Assembly (NCBI RefSeq): GCF_041956535.1 | Contig: NW_027192229.1 | Location: forward strand, 26,830-90,829 | Reading direction: 5' to 3' | From: Calcarisporiella thermophila CBS 279.70 | Lineage: Eukaryota > Fungi > Calcarisporiellomycota | Length of the DNA stretch: 64,000 nucleotides | Shown: positions 25,655-37,900 of the stretch, one piece after another | Layout: each line of letters begins with the position of its first letter | How positions within the stretch are numbered: position 1 is the stretch's first letter | Program-made: the position numbers and the translations under genes | Notes under the pieces: model-generated | What the model saw: only the letters and a program-made list of their open reading frames with translations | What the model was told of the DNA's origin: nothing | Database searches by the model: none

Positions 25655-27168
25655 CATGAAAGTATAATGTGTATTAGAATTAAAGCTTTTCTTTCGTTTG
25701 AACCCTTGTTCTTCTTGTTTCATTCGTAAATATCAAACTTAATGTATCATGAATCGATTCTCCTCTTCATTTCCATTCATATTACTTCTGTCAAAGTCTG
25801 GATATAAGTAATAAAGCCATCTTATATTTAGGAATAATATCAAGACAAGTATATAAAGTAATTGCAATTTGTTCTCTATAATCTGTTCAAATTAGCTGAT
25901 ACTGTCGAGGCAACCTAATCAATCGTAGAGAAAGCTCTAGATACTACTCTATTTTGAATATACTGTACAAACATACTTTAGTAAATATCACATGCAGTGG
26001 AGAGGGGGCCTGACTAGGGCGCGCAGAAATTGACTCCCGCAAAACTCTTTTTTTCATCCTCTATAGCATCCATTCCTCATATCTTATCACTTGATTTTCC
26101 CTAAATCTATCCACATAAACCAATTTTTAGTTTGTTTGTTTGGTGGACGGACCAGCAATAGAAGTGTCAGGGGCTTACTAAGAAGATCCAGAAGAAATAG
26201 AGTAATCTCTACAAATATGGAAATCCCGGATTAAGGACCCGAATAGAAGGGTGGTACCAGCAGGGTCTAGAAAAGTCAACTTTGGTTTCGGATTTCCCGA
26301 TGGACAATCTATGGTTTGTTTTGCTATCAAAGAATGCAGGCGCCTTGTCGGTAAAGAGGCTGAGCCCCCTACACAATACCTTGACGGCATTTCCGTCATG
26401 ATACAACTAGAGTGACAAGCGGCCTTGGCTTCATACTATGTTAATGAATAACGAACGAATAGACTGCTCTTGGAAAAGTAGGAATTTCGCAATGCTTTTT
26501 CGCGACCACTCACGCCAGATCAACACCTATTGTCTTACTAATATCTTCCAGCTCAAATTTAACTTTTTGGGAAGTCAAGTACAATCCATACTCTAGTAGG
26601 CAATGCTAGATACACATGATCCTAAGGATGCCCTCGAAGTGCAATCTGACGCTATTGGGCAATGGGTGACTCTTTTACGACTCCGCAGTGCTTATATTCA
26701 AATTAGGCAACTCCTTAGACGTATGTCAATGGGACGGATTACTATTGGGGGTTCCTATCCACAAATATCCCTGGCCGACTGGAAATAAAATGTAAACCGT
26801 ATCTTGTGCGCATAAGATAAACAACAATTTTAGAATCCGTTTTCTGGATGCATGGGAAAATGCTTCTAAGAAAAACGCAATTAGAGCTTTTTTCTCCTGA
26901 TTAGTTTGGTATCGTATAACGCCAACAAAGAGAAATTGTTCTAAACTCTTTTCTATGCTCGATGTTCCAGAGTGGATCTTATACTGAAATAAGGAAACGA
27001 AAGGATCTTTATAATTAGGGATCACCTAATCAAAAAGGCTCCAAAAAGTATTTAAAGGGCTCAAACTCCTTGTGAAAAAACTCATTCATACAGTAAATTG
27101 ATTTCGTTTCTCCTACATTGATTACATATCTTTATTTCATTGATATCCTTTTCCACTCTATATCTAAC

Positions 27169-29638
27169 ATGAAGAATCTACTATATCCATCTCCTTACCT
27201 CGCTGAACAGCTTCGCTTGAAATATTTTGACCTTACTGGTCATTTTCTCGTTAGTGAAGGATTGGTCTCAAAGCCTGCCAACACGATGGCCACAACAGAT
27301 ACATCGGCGAACTTCTTCAGAGGCTTCCGCTCTTTGGGCGTTGGCCAGTTCCGCAAGATTACGCTGTGGACTCTCCAGGATTTATTCTTTCTACTGTTTA
27401 TCGCTAAAATTAAAAGTGATATTTCCAAAAATCCTGAACATAAGTTCCAGTCCCATAGTGAGCTTCCTTATAGTAAGTTTTTAACTTTAATTTTAGCTTC
27501 TGTCAATAACCTTAATGCCTAAATTTAAAACGCTTCTTTCGTTTTTAGATGGTGGTCACGAGGCATCAGATATAAAAGAATATCTACGACGCCTGGTCAA
27601 AAACATATTTTTGCCTGAATATGCTATCGACAGTACTGATAAGGATCTTGCGGATAATGCAAATTCTATCATTGAAGATGCGTTTTCCTCACAAAGCGTG
27701 GGTAAACTCGTCAAAATTATGCTGGAAGCTGTGCAACTTATTGCAGCAGCGTTTGCCCGATGGGAATGCGCCAAGACCCTTGTGCCGATTGACGTATCCC
27801 CTGATGCCAGAGAACCGAGCTTGGTCAACTTTGTAATTAGCGAAGAAGTCAATCGAATTATTTTTGCTTGGCGGTACCCACTTGAAGGTGACCTCCTTGC
27901 TGCCGTTTCGCAAATGCTACAAATTGCTCGAGATGAATCTCGTCAACTTCATCCAGTCGAGTACATCTTCCTTCACCTGGCGTATCAACAGCTAGCCAAC
28001 GGAGAATTACCTAAGGACACCCAGACTCGTTTCTTGGGCACCTCCGGATTCCGTCGAGATACCCAAACCTATATGTCGTTGACCGATCCTGGTGATGGTC
28101 ACATCTTCGGAACTTCTCGTTATAATGAATGGATGCGAGGAGCTATTGTTCACGTGGGTATGATATTGAACACATTTATTCATAGCATGGCTCAGGTTTT
28201 ATTAACATTTAACATTTCACAATTACTTGGCAGAACATTTGGAACGCCCCAACCATTTTCCCCGTGAAATGATTGAATCCTACCGTATTTCCTCAATCCT
28301 CGATTTCGCCAGAACCCGCCTTCATGTTGGTTCAAATGCTCCTATCACGGTGAATTTGTTATTCTGATATGATTTCAATTATCCAATCCCGACTTATGCA
28401 TTTTCCACAATTTCAATAGTATTTTGTTGGACGCATGCTGAAAGATTATGGCAAGTTTGATCTAGACTTTATCAAAGTAGTTAACACGACATCTGCTGCT
28501 GCAACGGTAAATAGAATTGATCCGAGAGATCAAAATTCCCATTTATTGATTCGGTTATTTTGCGTCCATTTAGAGTGCATTTCAACTAGGAGCTGCAGAG
28601 TGCAAAGTTGCTATGGACGGTTTGACAACCTCTCAAATGGTCCGATACATGAAGGGCTTATCAGGGCATACCCTTCGCAATTGCAAGCAGTATCTTTCCG
28701 CCGCGTTCAACCTCAACACTCCTCTTGTGGACGATTTGCCTCCTTATACGGCTGAAGATCCGAAAATCTATACAAACCAAAGAGAGATTGGTTTGCGTGG
28801 CATTGAATTGGCAGCCATGAGTGGATTCGATAAGGTAACCTGGGATGGTGCTAGCGATTCATATCCTAGCAAATGTGTTATGGAGCAACTTGGGTTCCAG
28901 GACGCTCTTGAACTCGTCCATCGCGCTCATGAACAAGGATTGGTTACCTATTTTTCCGCTGGATTCAAGTTCCACAATATTGAACTGGTGGTATATACTG
29001 GTGTTGACGGGGTTGGCATCGGGGGAGCTCAGATCTTACGTTTCATGGACCACCAGACAGGCATGCACGGCCCTTATCTCGACGAAAATATCCCAGAAAT
29101 CCTGCGTTATCGTGATGACGCCGCTGCTACTATTCGTGGCCGTGGTGTGCATATACTCACCCGGTTAGATCGCATGTACTTTGAGGGCTCTATCACTGAA
29201 CAACAGAACAGTCTTCGCCTGGATCTTTACGATGCTCTCTACAACGTAGATGAAACTAAAATTGAAGAGCTTCTTAATCAACTTGAATCTGTCGCACGTA
29301 TGCCGGACGACGGTGAGACCCCATACAACGCATATGCCAAGCGACTTGTCCAAAGCGAAAAGCCGCTCCTTTCGAATTACCTAGACCAATCTGAGTGGCA
29401 GTCTTGGATTGAAAAGTTGACCAAATTAATAGGGTGGGGTAATGAGGCCGAAATTGTGGAAGAATACATGGGAGAGACCTGGATGCATCTCCGCAAGAAG
29501 TACCGGCATACTTTACATAGGGTAAGTTTAGAATTAACTAGCTGAAGAAAAATAAATTCCAATCTAATCATTAATATCTCTTTAACATCTCTACTTTAGC
29601 GTCGGTCTTTCCTCTTTAAAGCAAAGATCTCATCCTAA
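27169..29638 (+). CDS. ~700-aa uncharacterised protein with an MfnB (4-HFC-P synthase)-like TIM barrel, 6 exons
   Basis: Exons 27169-27472, 27549-28157, 28234-28349, 28420-28506, 28574-29521 and 29600-29638 splice in frame (2103 nt). Barrel segments GAAECKVAMDG, AAMSGFDKVTWD, LELVHRAHEQGL, GVDGVGIGGA. The CDS is confident; the function is tentative. Confidence 0.7.
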
Positions 29639-31948
29639 GTATATATGGATAATGGAAATTTCACTGATTGTCATTTGATATTTTGTTATTTTGATACTCT
29701 CTTGTCGCTTATATTTTATATTTACGTTCAATGTATATCTATGAATAAATTTCAAAGAATTATTATATCTACTTAATTAATGGTTCAAGTTCAAAACAGT
29801 GAGCAGTTTTCCTCCCTACAAAGAGTGTGGAGCCACACTCAGCATTGCAAAAATACTCTTTGGTTATAAAAGCTAATTTCTATTCTCATGCCACTATTAG
29901 CCTGCACAAATTGGAGATTTTAAGCTAGATCAGAAACACTGAATCTAGAAGTTGATAATTCAAAATTTCAGGGATGTCTACAGTTGTATCGCTAAAATTT
30001 CAAGCAACATAATATCGAGCTACACAATATTCAATACTTGGGGTTGTTTGTTTCAAAAAGAATTAGTTGCGATTAAGAATATCAGAGTTCGATTTTGGTA
30101 TAACCTACTCGTTACTTATGTCTGCAGTTAGCATTTAAGCAGCCTTGTGCATCGCTATATACACATCGTACACTTCTTATAGGATTGAAATTCATATTAG
30201 ACCAACCAACAGCATCGTCACATGTTTCACAGGAAGAGTAATTATCATTGGTATAAAGAATAGACAATATGAATTTAATAATAAAAATAGAAGATTGGTG
30301 AGAAATTTCCAAGCTAATTATGTTTTAAAAATGATTCAATAAGTGTGATTTCAAAGATCGAACTTCATCGATGCACCTTTTGAGAAAGGTTACAATAAAA
30401 ACAAACTAAATAATAGCAATGTCACACCAAATAGACAATGAAGAACCTCGTCTCATATATTGTGTAGATGAGCTGTTCCTCAGGATAACTAATAACGAAT
30501 TCCTTCTACATGTTCGCACTGAAAAATAAATTCTCATTACTTTATTTATCGATAAAAGGAAGATTTTAATATAATTTTCATCATCTTCACACATAGAGGA
30601 CTGTAATCGTAAGAGAAACACCTGGTATATAATAGAAGTTCGGGAGCAACGTTTGTTGTTCTAAAAGGAAATGGATTAACTATGCTAATGAACGACTATC
30701 ACTCGCCAAGACTTTCTCCTTTTTTAAATGCTGTTGCAAACTTCGCTATCCTATTATAAAATTTTAGGAGATTCAAATGTGGATAAAGTTGTCGTTGTCA
30801 AAACTAATTAGCTTATAAGGACTCAAAAATAAATCCTAAAGGCGAGTATTTTGGTAGGTATTGGGTTTAATTTATACAATTATTAAACATTGAAGTAACT
30901 ATTAGTTGTTGTAAGTATTTTTGTAATTATATAAGTAGATTTTAGAGTTGACTGGAAAATAAATAAAACGCTTATAGAAGAAGGGCAAGTATTGAAAGTA
31001 GTTTTTTTGGGAAAACAATAACCAGCGACAGCAAATTCATTGCGCTAAAAATGTGAGGTGGATGGATATTCACAGAGTTATTAGCTCCCGAAAATATCTA
31101 TAATAAAGTAGATCCAGATAAAAGACCAATTAGATTTCATAATTTTTTTATAATTCCATCTAATTCTTTGTGGAATTTCCCAAATGGATATCCTAGATTT
31201 TTCGTATAATAAGACTTACTTAGCTAATGTCCACACGGAAAACCTATTTTAGGAAATATACAAGAGTCACAAACAATTCCATTGAATTTCTGGCGCAGAT
31301 ACAGGGTTATTATATAATAAACAAATGATGATAATGAGACGCTTTTTGTCTAATTTCTAACCATGAAGGTTGTAGAGATAAAAGATAACGTGAAATATAG
31401 TTCGCAATAGAATATATGTAGATTGATATAATAGGTATTCATGGTGATTGCTTCTTTACCTGTATTCAACAATATATTATACTATGCAAATAAATCGCAC
31501 AATCACTGAATTAAATATGCCTAATATCTATTTTACTCTAATCCTCCTTTTACAAGAATAAAAGTCTTTTGCTTATAATTAAATAGAGGCATTAGAGCAA
31601 TAGCTTTAATACCAAGTATTAGTAGAGATAAATAATCTGGCCCGTCTATAAATATTAAGTAATAGATAAATTGATCTGAAACGGAAAATACTCCTTGGCT
31701 CTCGAATTTCAAAATAGAAGCTGGATTTCAAAGCTTTGCAGAAATTTGGCATTCTTCTGTAATACGTTCTTCGATCCAGACTAGGAATTAATAAGCTGGG
31801 GTGAATTTGGACCTCCGATAGTAACCATATCTATGAGGAAGCAGTATCGTGCTCCTTATATTTAATAGCCTAATCTTGCAAATGTCGCCAGAAAATTTGC
31901 ATATAATACCTGTTTATTCTGTAGTGAGCATTATTTATTTGTATCAAT

Positions 31949-32752
31949 ATGCAACCTATTTCTCTCATCCAAGGACGCATCGCTCTTTCATTTCACCTTG
32001 TTTCTGGTGAAGTGGTTAAGAATGTCTTGCAGCAGCTTGGTTACGATGTTGAGGTGCAGACAGCCTCGCACGAAGAGATGTTCGAACGACAGAGAAGTGG
32101 CGACATTGATATACTCATTGGCTGGTTAGAGGGATCTCATGGAAAGTACCTGGACGCGTATAGAAATGAGTCAATAGTTCTTCCTGGACCCGTGTACCAG
32201 CCCTATTGCATATGGGGCGTGCCTGAATATGTTCCTGAAGAGGCTGTTCAATCCGTGTCAGATTTGCTGAAGCCCGAGGTTGCCGAGAAAATGGCTAAAT
32301 GCATTCAAGGAATCAATCCTGGGGCGGGCATTTCGCGTTTCTCGCAAGAAATAATCAAGGATTATGGATTGGATCACCTGGGTTATTTTTTCCAGCCTGG
32401 GACTGAGGAACAATGCTTCGGAGCCCTTGAAAATGCTTACTTGACAAAACAATGGCTGGTCATTCCTCTATGGCATCCTCAATTCCTTCATCAAACCTAT
32501 AAAATTCGACCTTTGAAAGAACACAAGCGATTGCTGCGCGGAGTGGACCAGGCTCAGATAATCATTCACAAATCTGCGGCTCACAAATTCTCGCAAAAGG
32601 CCATTGATGTATTAAGTCGTATTCAAATCAGCAACCAAGGTGTTACCTATATGGATTATCTTTACAACCGAAAAGGATTGTCTGTACCTCAGGCAGCTCA
32701 GAAATGGATAAGTGAAAATCAAGAATTGTATAATTCATGGTTTCAGGCATAA
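31949..32752 (+). CDS. Glycine betaine/choline ABC substrate-binding domain protein (OpuAC/ProX-like), intronless, no signal peptide
   Basis: LSFH, HEEMF, GDIDILIGWLEGSHGKY, WGVPEYVP, SVSDL, IQGINPGAGI, VIPLWHPQF. Confidence 0.85.
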   Translation: MQPISLIQGRIALSFHLVSGEVVKNVLQQLGYDVEVQTASHEEMFERQRSGDIDILIGWLEGSHGKYLDAYRNESIVLPGPVYQPYCIWGVPEYVPEEAVQSVSDLLKPEVAEKMAKCIQGINPGAGISRFSQEIIKDYGLDHLGYFFQPGTEEQCFGALENAYLTKQWLVIPLWHPQFLHQTYKIRPLKEHKRLLRGVDQAQIIIHKSAAHKFSQKAIDVLSRIQISNQGVTYMDYLYNRKGLSVPQAAQKWISENQELYNSWFQA

Positions 32753-33089
32753 ATCAACATTTAATGACATATTGAACTTTTAAACCTCAGGTTTTGTATC
32801 TCATGATGTATTACATTAAATATCGAATATTTAAAAAAAAAAATAAAAGACAATCTATCCATCCTTAGAAAAACATTTCGGTCATATTGCCAGCAATTGG
32901 CATTATGTTCTAGTATGCGAAAATCGCATACAGTAATTTAATATTTTCAAGCTTTCTCCATCACCTTACTTTTAAACAGGCTGACGTCCACATAGGCACA
33001 ACTATTGCAAACTAGTTAGTTTCCTTGGGATCATAGATCTCAATGGATCACATTATTTTAATAGCAGTTTGTTAAATATATACAGAGGT

Positions 33090-33911
33090 TTATCTTACTA
33101 ATGGAGTAAGAGTGGGACGATAATAATAGAGTTTTGTTGAGGGGCAATCTATGATAGAACTACCAGTATTTACTATCGTGGTGCGACATACAACGCTGCA
33201 TTCTTGCGTCGTAGAGGGTTGTGGCAAGAAGATAATATATTCTAGATTATCCGGACAACCTGCCATATATGTGAACTGGCCACTAATGACAGGGCAGACA
33301 GGGTATGTTGAGGATGAGATTGAGAATAGTGTTGTGGTTTGCGTTGGCTTTAGTGTTGGAGTTAGTATCGGCGTTATTGCTGTTGGTGAAGGTGAACTAA
33401 TTGAGGTTTCTAATAAGATGGCTGTTAATGGAGTCGAGATCGATGATTCTGAGGTTGTTTGCTGCAAACATGTAGTGACAGCATCGTTGCACTCGTCACA
33501 CACTACGGGTTCGGCAGGTTCGGATGGCAAAGCTGTGTCTGGTGTAGTGTTAGAAGTCGTGCCTCGGGTAAGACTGGAAGTTGTGTTAAGAGTATTTATG
33601 GATGCCGTTTCAGAGATTGAGAGTCGATTTTGCGGTTTTCCATCATTGATGATCTGATTCAAGCTTCCGCTGTGCTTACCACTATTTATATCATCAAAAT
33701 GATGATTCTTATTCAAAGAGTATTCATAATCAATCCTTATTTCTGGATCCACTAATCTAGTGCCGCTTACCTCTCCAATCTGTTGGCTTCCGCCTACAAT
33801 ATTGCTAAGACCAATGCTAATGCCCCGAGGAGAAATAATGGGCTTTAAGATTGAACAATTTGCAAGAGCAATGAGATAAGGAATAACTATAATAACGCAA
33901 GCGTTTCTCAT
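33090..33911 (-). CDS. Putative secreted Ser/Thr/Pro-rich protein with Cys-containing ends
   Basis: Signal-like MRNACVIIVIPYLIALANC, low-complexity S/T/P stalk and a Cys-containing C-terminal domain; no family recognised. Confidence 0.55.
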   Translation of the reverse strand: MRNACVIIVIPYLIALANCSILKPIISPRGISIGLSNIVGGSQQIGEVSGTRLVDPEIRIDYEYSLNKNHHFDDINSGKHSGSLNQIINDGKPQNRLSISETASINTLNTTSSLTRGTTSNTTPDTALPSEPAEPVVCDECNDAVTTCLQQTTSESSISTPLTAILLETSISSPSPTAITPILTPTLKPTQTTTLFSISSSTYPVCPVISGQFTYMAGCPDNLEYIIFLPQPSTTQECSVVCRTTIVNTGSSIIDCPSTKLYYYRPTLTPLVR

Positions 33912-34992
33912 AATAACGACTCTTAAAAATTCAAAATCAAACTTTTGTTGTGTTGCCGTCATCCAAGAATTTTTATATCCCTGCGACTGTTTAGAATTGG
34001 CAAATTTAAAAAATGACCCTCCATGGAATAATGCTTGTTTGGCACAAAATTTAATTGTCCCAAATAAATCATTAATGTAAAAATATATATATGGGAAATT
34101 GTTATTTTATCTATATGTTGAGTAACGTATAGTTTTATAATACATACATCAATAACTTTAAATTTAAAATATATTCATTGATTTTAATATAATTCTTTTA
34201 TTGCAACGGGGGAGTCGAAAATTGAGGCATGGGGTCATGTTGAAATGGATTATTACTTGGGTCTATAGATGGAATTCGGGGATCCTGAAGTCTATTTCTG
34301 AATACTTCCCCCATGTACAAATCAGAAATGACTACCACAATGATGTCCATAACATCACGAAATTGTATAGATTATTTCTAGGAAAATAGTTGGATAATTA
34401 GTTTACATATGTACGATGTTACATAGACTGGATTTTTTTTTAACATTGCATTCAATTCGGGTGATTCAAATTTCATATCTATCAATCGCACTCGTTTTCA
34501 ATCTCCAAAATATATAACCTCTTCTTACGATCCCAATGAATTTGGACACTTGTTTTCTTGAAGTTTATTTCACAAAATATGGGAAGAATTAGCTATTTTC
34601 AATAGAGGTCCATTCTCTCTATAGAATTATCATATGTCAGATGCTTGATATTTGGTTTGCTAACTGCGCAGAAGACTCCTGAGAATTTGCTAATAGTAAT
34701 TTTCAATATAATTTTAGACACTTTTATTCATCCTTCTGCTTTCTCATCCTAAATCCTCTAGCATGTGGCCTTGACACATGAGCACACATACACAAAAACT
34801 CGATAATCAAATATATAAGAGTAGGAAATAAAAAAAACTCTACGAAACCACACCACAAAAAAATAAAAAATAAAAATCAAACTTGTACTTTTCTTGTAAT
34901 AAAAATAGGATTTTACGAATTCCACAAACCTTGACTCATCAATAAATCTTGGGAAACTTATGGTCAAAGAGTTCGCAAGTATCTCCACATGC

Positions 34993-37900
34993 TTATTTCT
35001 TTTGAGTCGAATTAGGACCACCATAGGACGGGCTCATTGGACGATAAGATGGGCTGGTGGGACTGTAGGAGGGCGAAGTAGGGGAGTAGGAAGGATTTGC
35101 AGGAGAGTAGGATGGACTGGTTGGGGAGTATGAAGGGCTGGTGGGAGAATAAGATGGGCTTGTGGGCGAATAGGAAGGGCTAGTGGGGCTGTAAGAAGGA
35201 CTTGTTGGTGAATAAGACGGGCTCGTGGGTGAGTACGATGGGCTCGTCGGTGAATATGTAGGGCTCGTCGGCGAGTAGGATGGACTCGTGGGCGAGTATT
35301 TTGGTGATGTGGGTGAGTATTTAGGAGAAGTTGGTGAGTAGGAAGGACTCGTTGGGGAATATGACGGGCTTGTGGGGGAATAGTTTGGAGATGTGGGAGA
35401 GTAATTGGGTGACGTGGGGGAGTAGGATGGGCTAGTGGGAGAGTATGAAGGGCTTGTGGGAGAGTAAGAGGGACTGGTTGGAGAGTACGATGGACTTGTT
35501 GGAGAGTACGACGGGCTCGTTGGAGAATAGGATGGACTAGTGGGCGAATATGAAGGGCTGGTGGGAGAATAGGAGGGGCTGGTTGGAGAGTAGCCTGGAG
35601 ATGAGGGGCTGTAAGCAGGGCTTGCGGCATAACCTGGAGAAGAGGGGGAGTATCCGGGACTCGCGGGAGAATAGCCCGGGCTTGTCGCTCCATATGGGCT
35701 CATTCCGCCGCTCCATGGACTGGCCGCCCCCACTCCATAACCACCTGTCTCTGCAATGGGTGAGAACATTGCATTCTCCGCCACACCAGGCCTATAGTAT
35801 TCTGCAAAGTGACCAGGAGAGCGTGCCTCGTATGGCGTCTGCTGGGGAGTCATCGAGCCGCCCATAGGAGTGTAGCTGCCAGCTCCTACAGTGCCGAGCG
35901 TGGCCACATGGGTTGTTGGTACCACATTTTGAAGCATAACTTCGTCAAGCATCACATCAAAGCTGCCTGTGCCCAATGGAGCCAACTGCCCGAGCATGAT
36001 GTTCTCAGATACTCCTCGGCAATCATCCAGCTCTCCTACTGCAGCAGCCTCCAACAAAATCTCAACTGTTTCTTCGAAGGAACATCGCATAAGGGCACCC
36101 GTCTCTGCACGGTTGATTCCGTGACGAGTAATGGCCATCAAGTGCCCATGCATCGTCATCACATCGCAGAGCAAGGCCAAGTGACGGTAATTGACGTAGG
36201 ATGCATCAAATTCAATAACAGCACGCAATTCCTTAAGAAGCGCAGCACGAGTAGCCTCGATGCCAAGCACATCCATAATTTCAAGACAATTGTTTGAGTA
36301 GGTTCGGCGATGGTCAACACCCTCTTGGCAAAGGACCTTCTGGAGGTTACTTCCCGTAGTTTCAAGAACCCACTCGTTGACCTTGTCAAAGGTGCCGTCC
36401 TCACGACGTACTACTTGGGACTTTTCAACCATAAATACTCTTTCAATACCCTCAATACCACGCAGTGATATAGAGCTCAACATGTTACTCTCGATACGAC
36501 GCAAGAATACGTCTTCCTCTATTCTTCCAGATTCATCCATACCCTCGTCCTATTGTTTGAATGGAGTGCAATTGAAAATAAATAAATAGCGTTTATGTAA
36601 ACGCAGTTTCAAGCAAAAAAATACCTTTTCCATGCCATCCTCGTGCATAATACGACATCTAATTACGAGATTCTCCATGTTATCATCACTGCAGATGACG
36701 TGCAAATCATTCTTGAAGTCATCGTTAATGCGGTTAGTTACATCAAGCATGCTCAAGTTTTTATCGATCATCATAGCTCTGTTGAGTATAATACGCAAGA
36801 GCCATGGCGAAACATTATTTATTACGGCCGGGTTGTCGCTCTATAAAAATCAGCTAATTTCAGAAATCAATCGAGCGAGTAAGCGATGTATCACAAATTA
36901 CCTCGAGCGCGTAGTAAGCTTCTGTAAACTCTTTATCCTCTTCGATGATAGTGTTCTCAATGTCAGGATCGTAATAAATCTCAGTTGCTTTAGTAATCTT
37001 TTGCAGGGTAGTGTGTTCGAGTGCGACCTGAACTTCCTTTGCGAGCTCCATATTACGAGCGCGGTCAGGAACAAGATACACAGTCAGGATGGGGGTCTTG
37101 ATATTCTTTGCCACGTTGATAATTTCCTTCAAACGAGGGACACCAAGCGTTACGTTTTTACTCGATACACCAGCATAATGGAAAGTATTAAGCGTCATTT
37201 GCGTGGCAGGTTCTCCAATGGATTGTGCAGCAATGGTTCCAACCATCTCACCAGGATGCACCATGGCCAAATTGAATCTACTCTCAATCTCACCAAGGAT
37301 CCATTCAAATGCAGCGGTGTTCAGGTGGAACTCCTCAATTACTCGCTTAGCAGCAAAAGTTGCGCGAAGCAGTGTCTGGAAGAGGAGGGTTGCGTTTTGC
37401 TGAGCACCCAGACTGATCGGGTCGCTACCGCGAACGACAACTAGGCGTTCCGCGAGATCTCGTACACTAGTAACAATCTGCTGTGGATGGATGTTACAAG
37501 GTTTCTTTGGATCAATGTGGAAAATGGTCTGCGCATTCCAAATCAATCGTTTTAGATTCACAGGCAACCAGCAGTCTGCGTCACCCTTAGGGAAAACGAA
37601 ATCGCGTAGGAGATTTCGGTCCTCCTCCAATCGATCAAACTCGGCGTTGAGAAGTGCCTGAGTGTCTGCATCCCCATCAATTTCTGACAGAACTCCAATA
37701 TCGAGAGTGCCGGGTTTGAAAGAACGCGAACGATCCATCACATCGACCCGGTATTTCTTCTCAAAGTTTTTATCAGAAAGCTTGAGAGAATCAATGGTCT
37801 GTTTCTCAACATGCCCACCATCCATTCCATCCTCGCCGTAGCAGAATTGGATGACTTCACCAAGCGAATTGCGCACAGTTCCATCATAGCTGGCCATGAC

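Noticed and set aside
26150-27025. Short ORFs upstream of the MfnB-like gene (one with a faint APRT-like DALEVQSDAI)
   Set aside because: No PRPP-binding motif follows and the frames are interrupted.
27143-27152. ATATCCTTT resembling a U12 donor
   Set aside because: Lies just upstream of the ATG, with no matching branch point or AC acceptor identified.
35026-35676. 21-bp tandem repeats as a CRISPR array or minisatellite
   Set aside because: Fully explained by RPB1 CTD coding with synonymous variation; no spacers.
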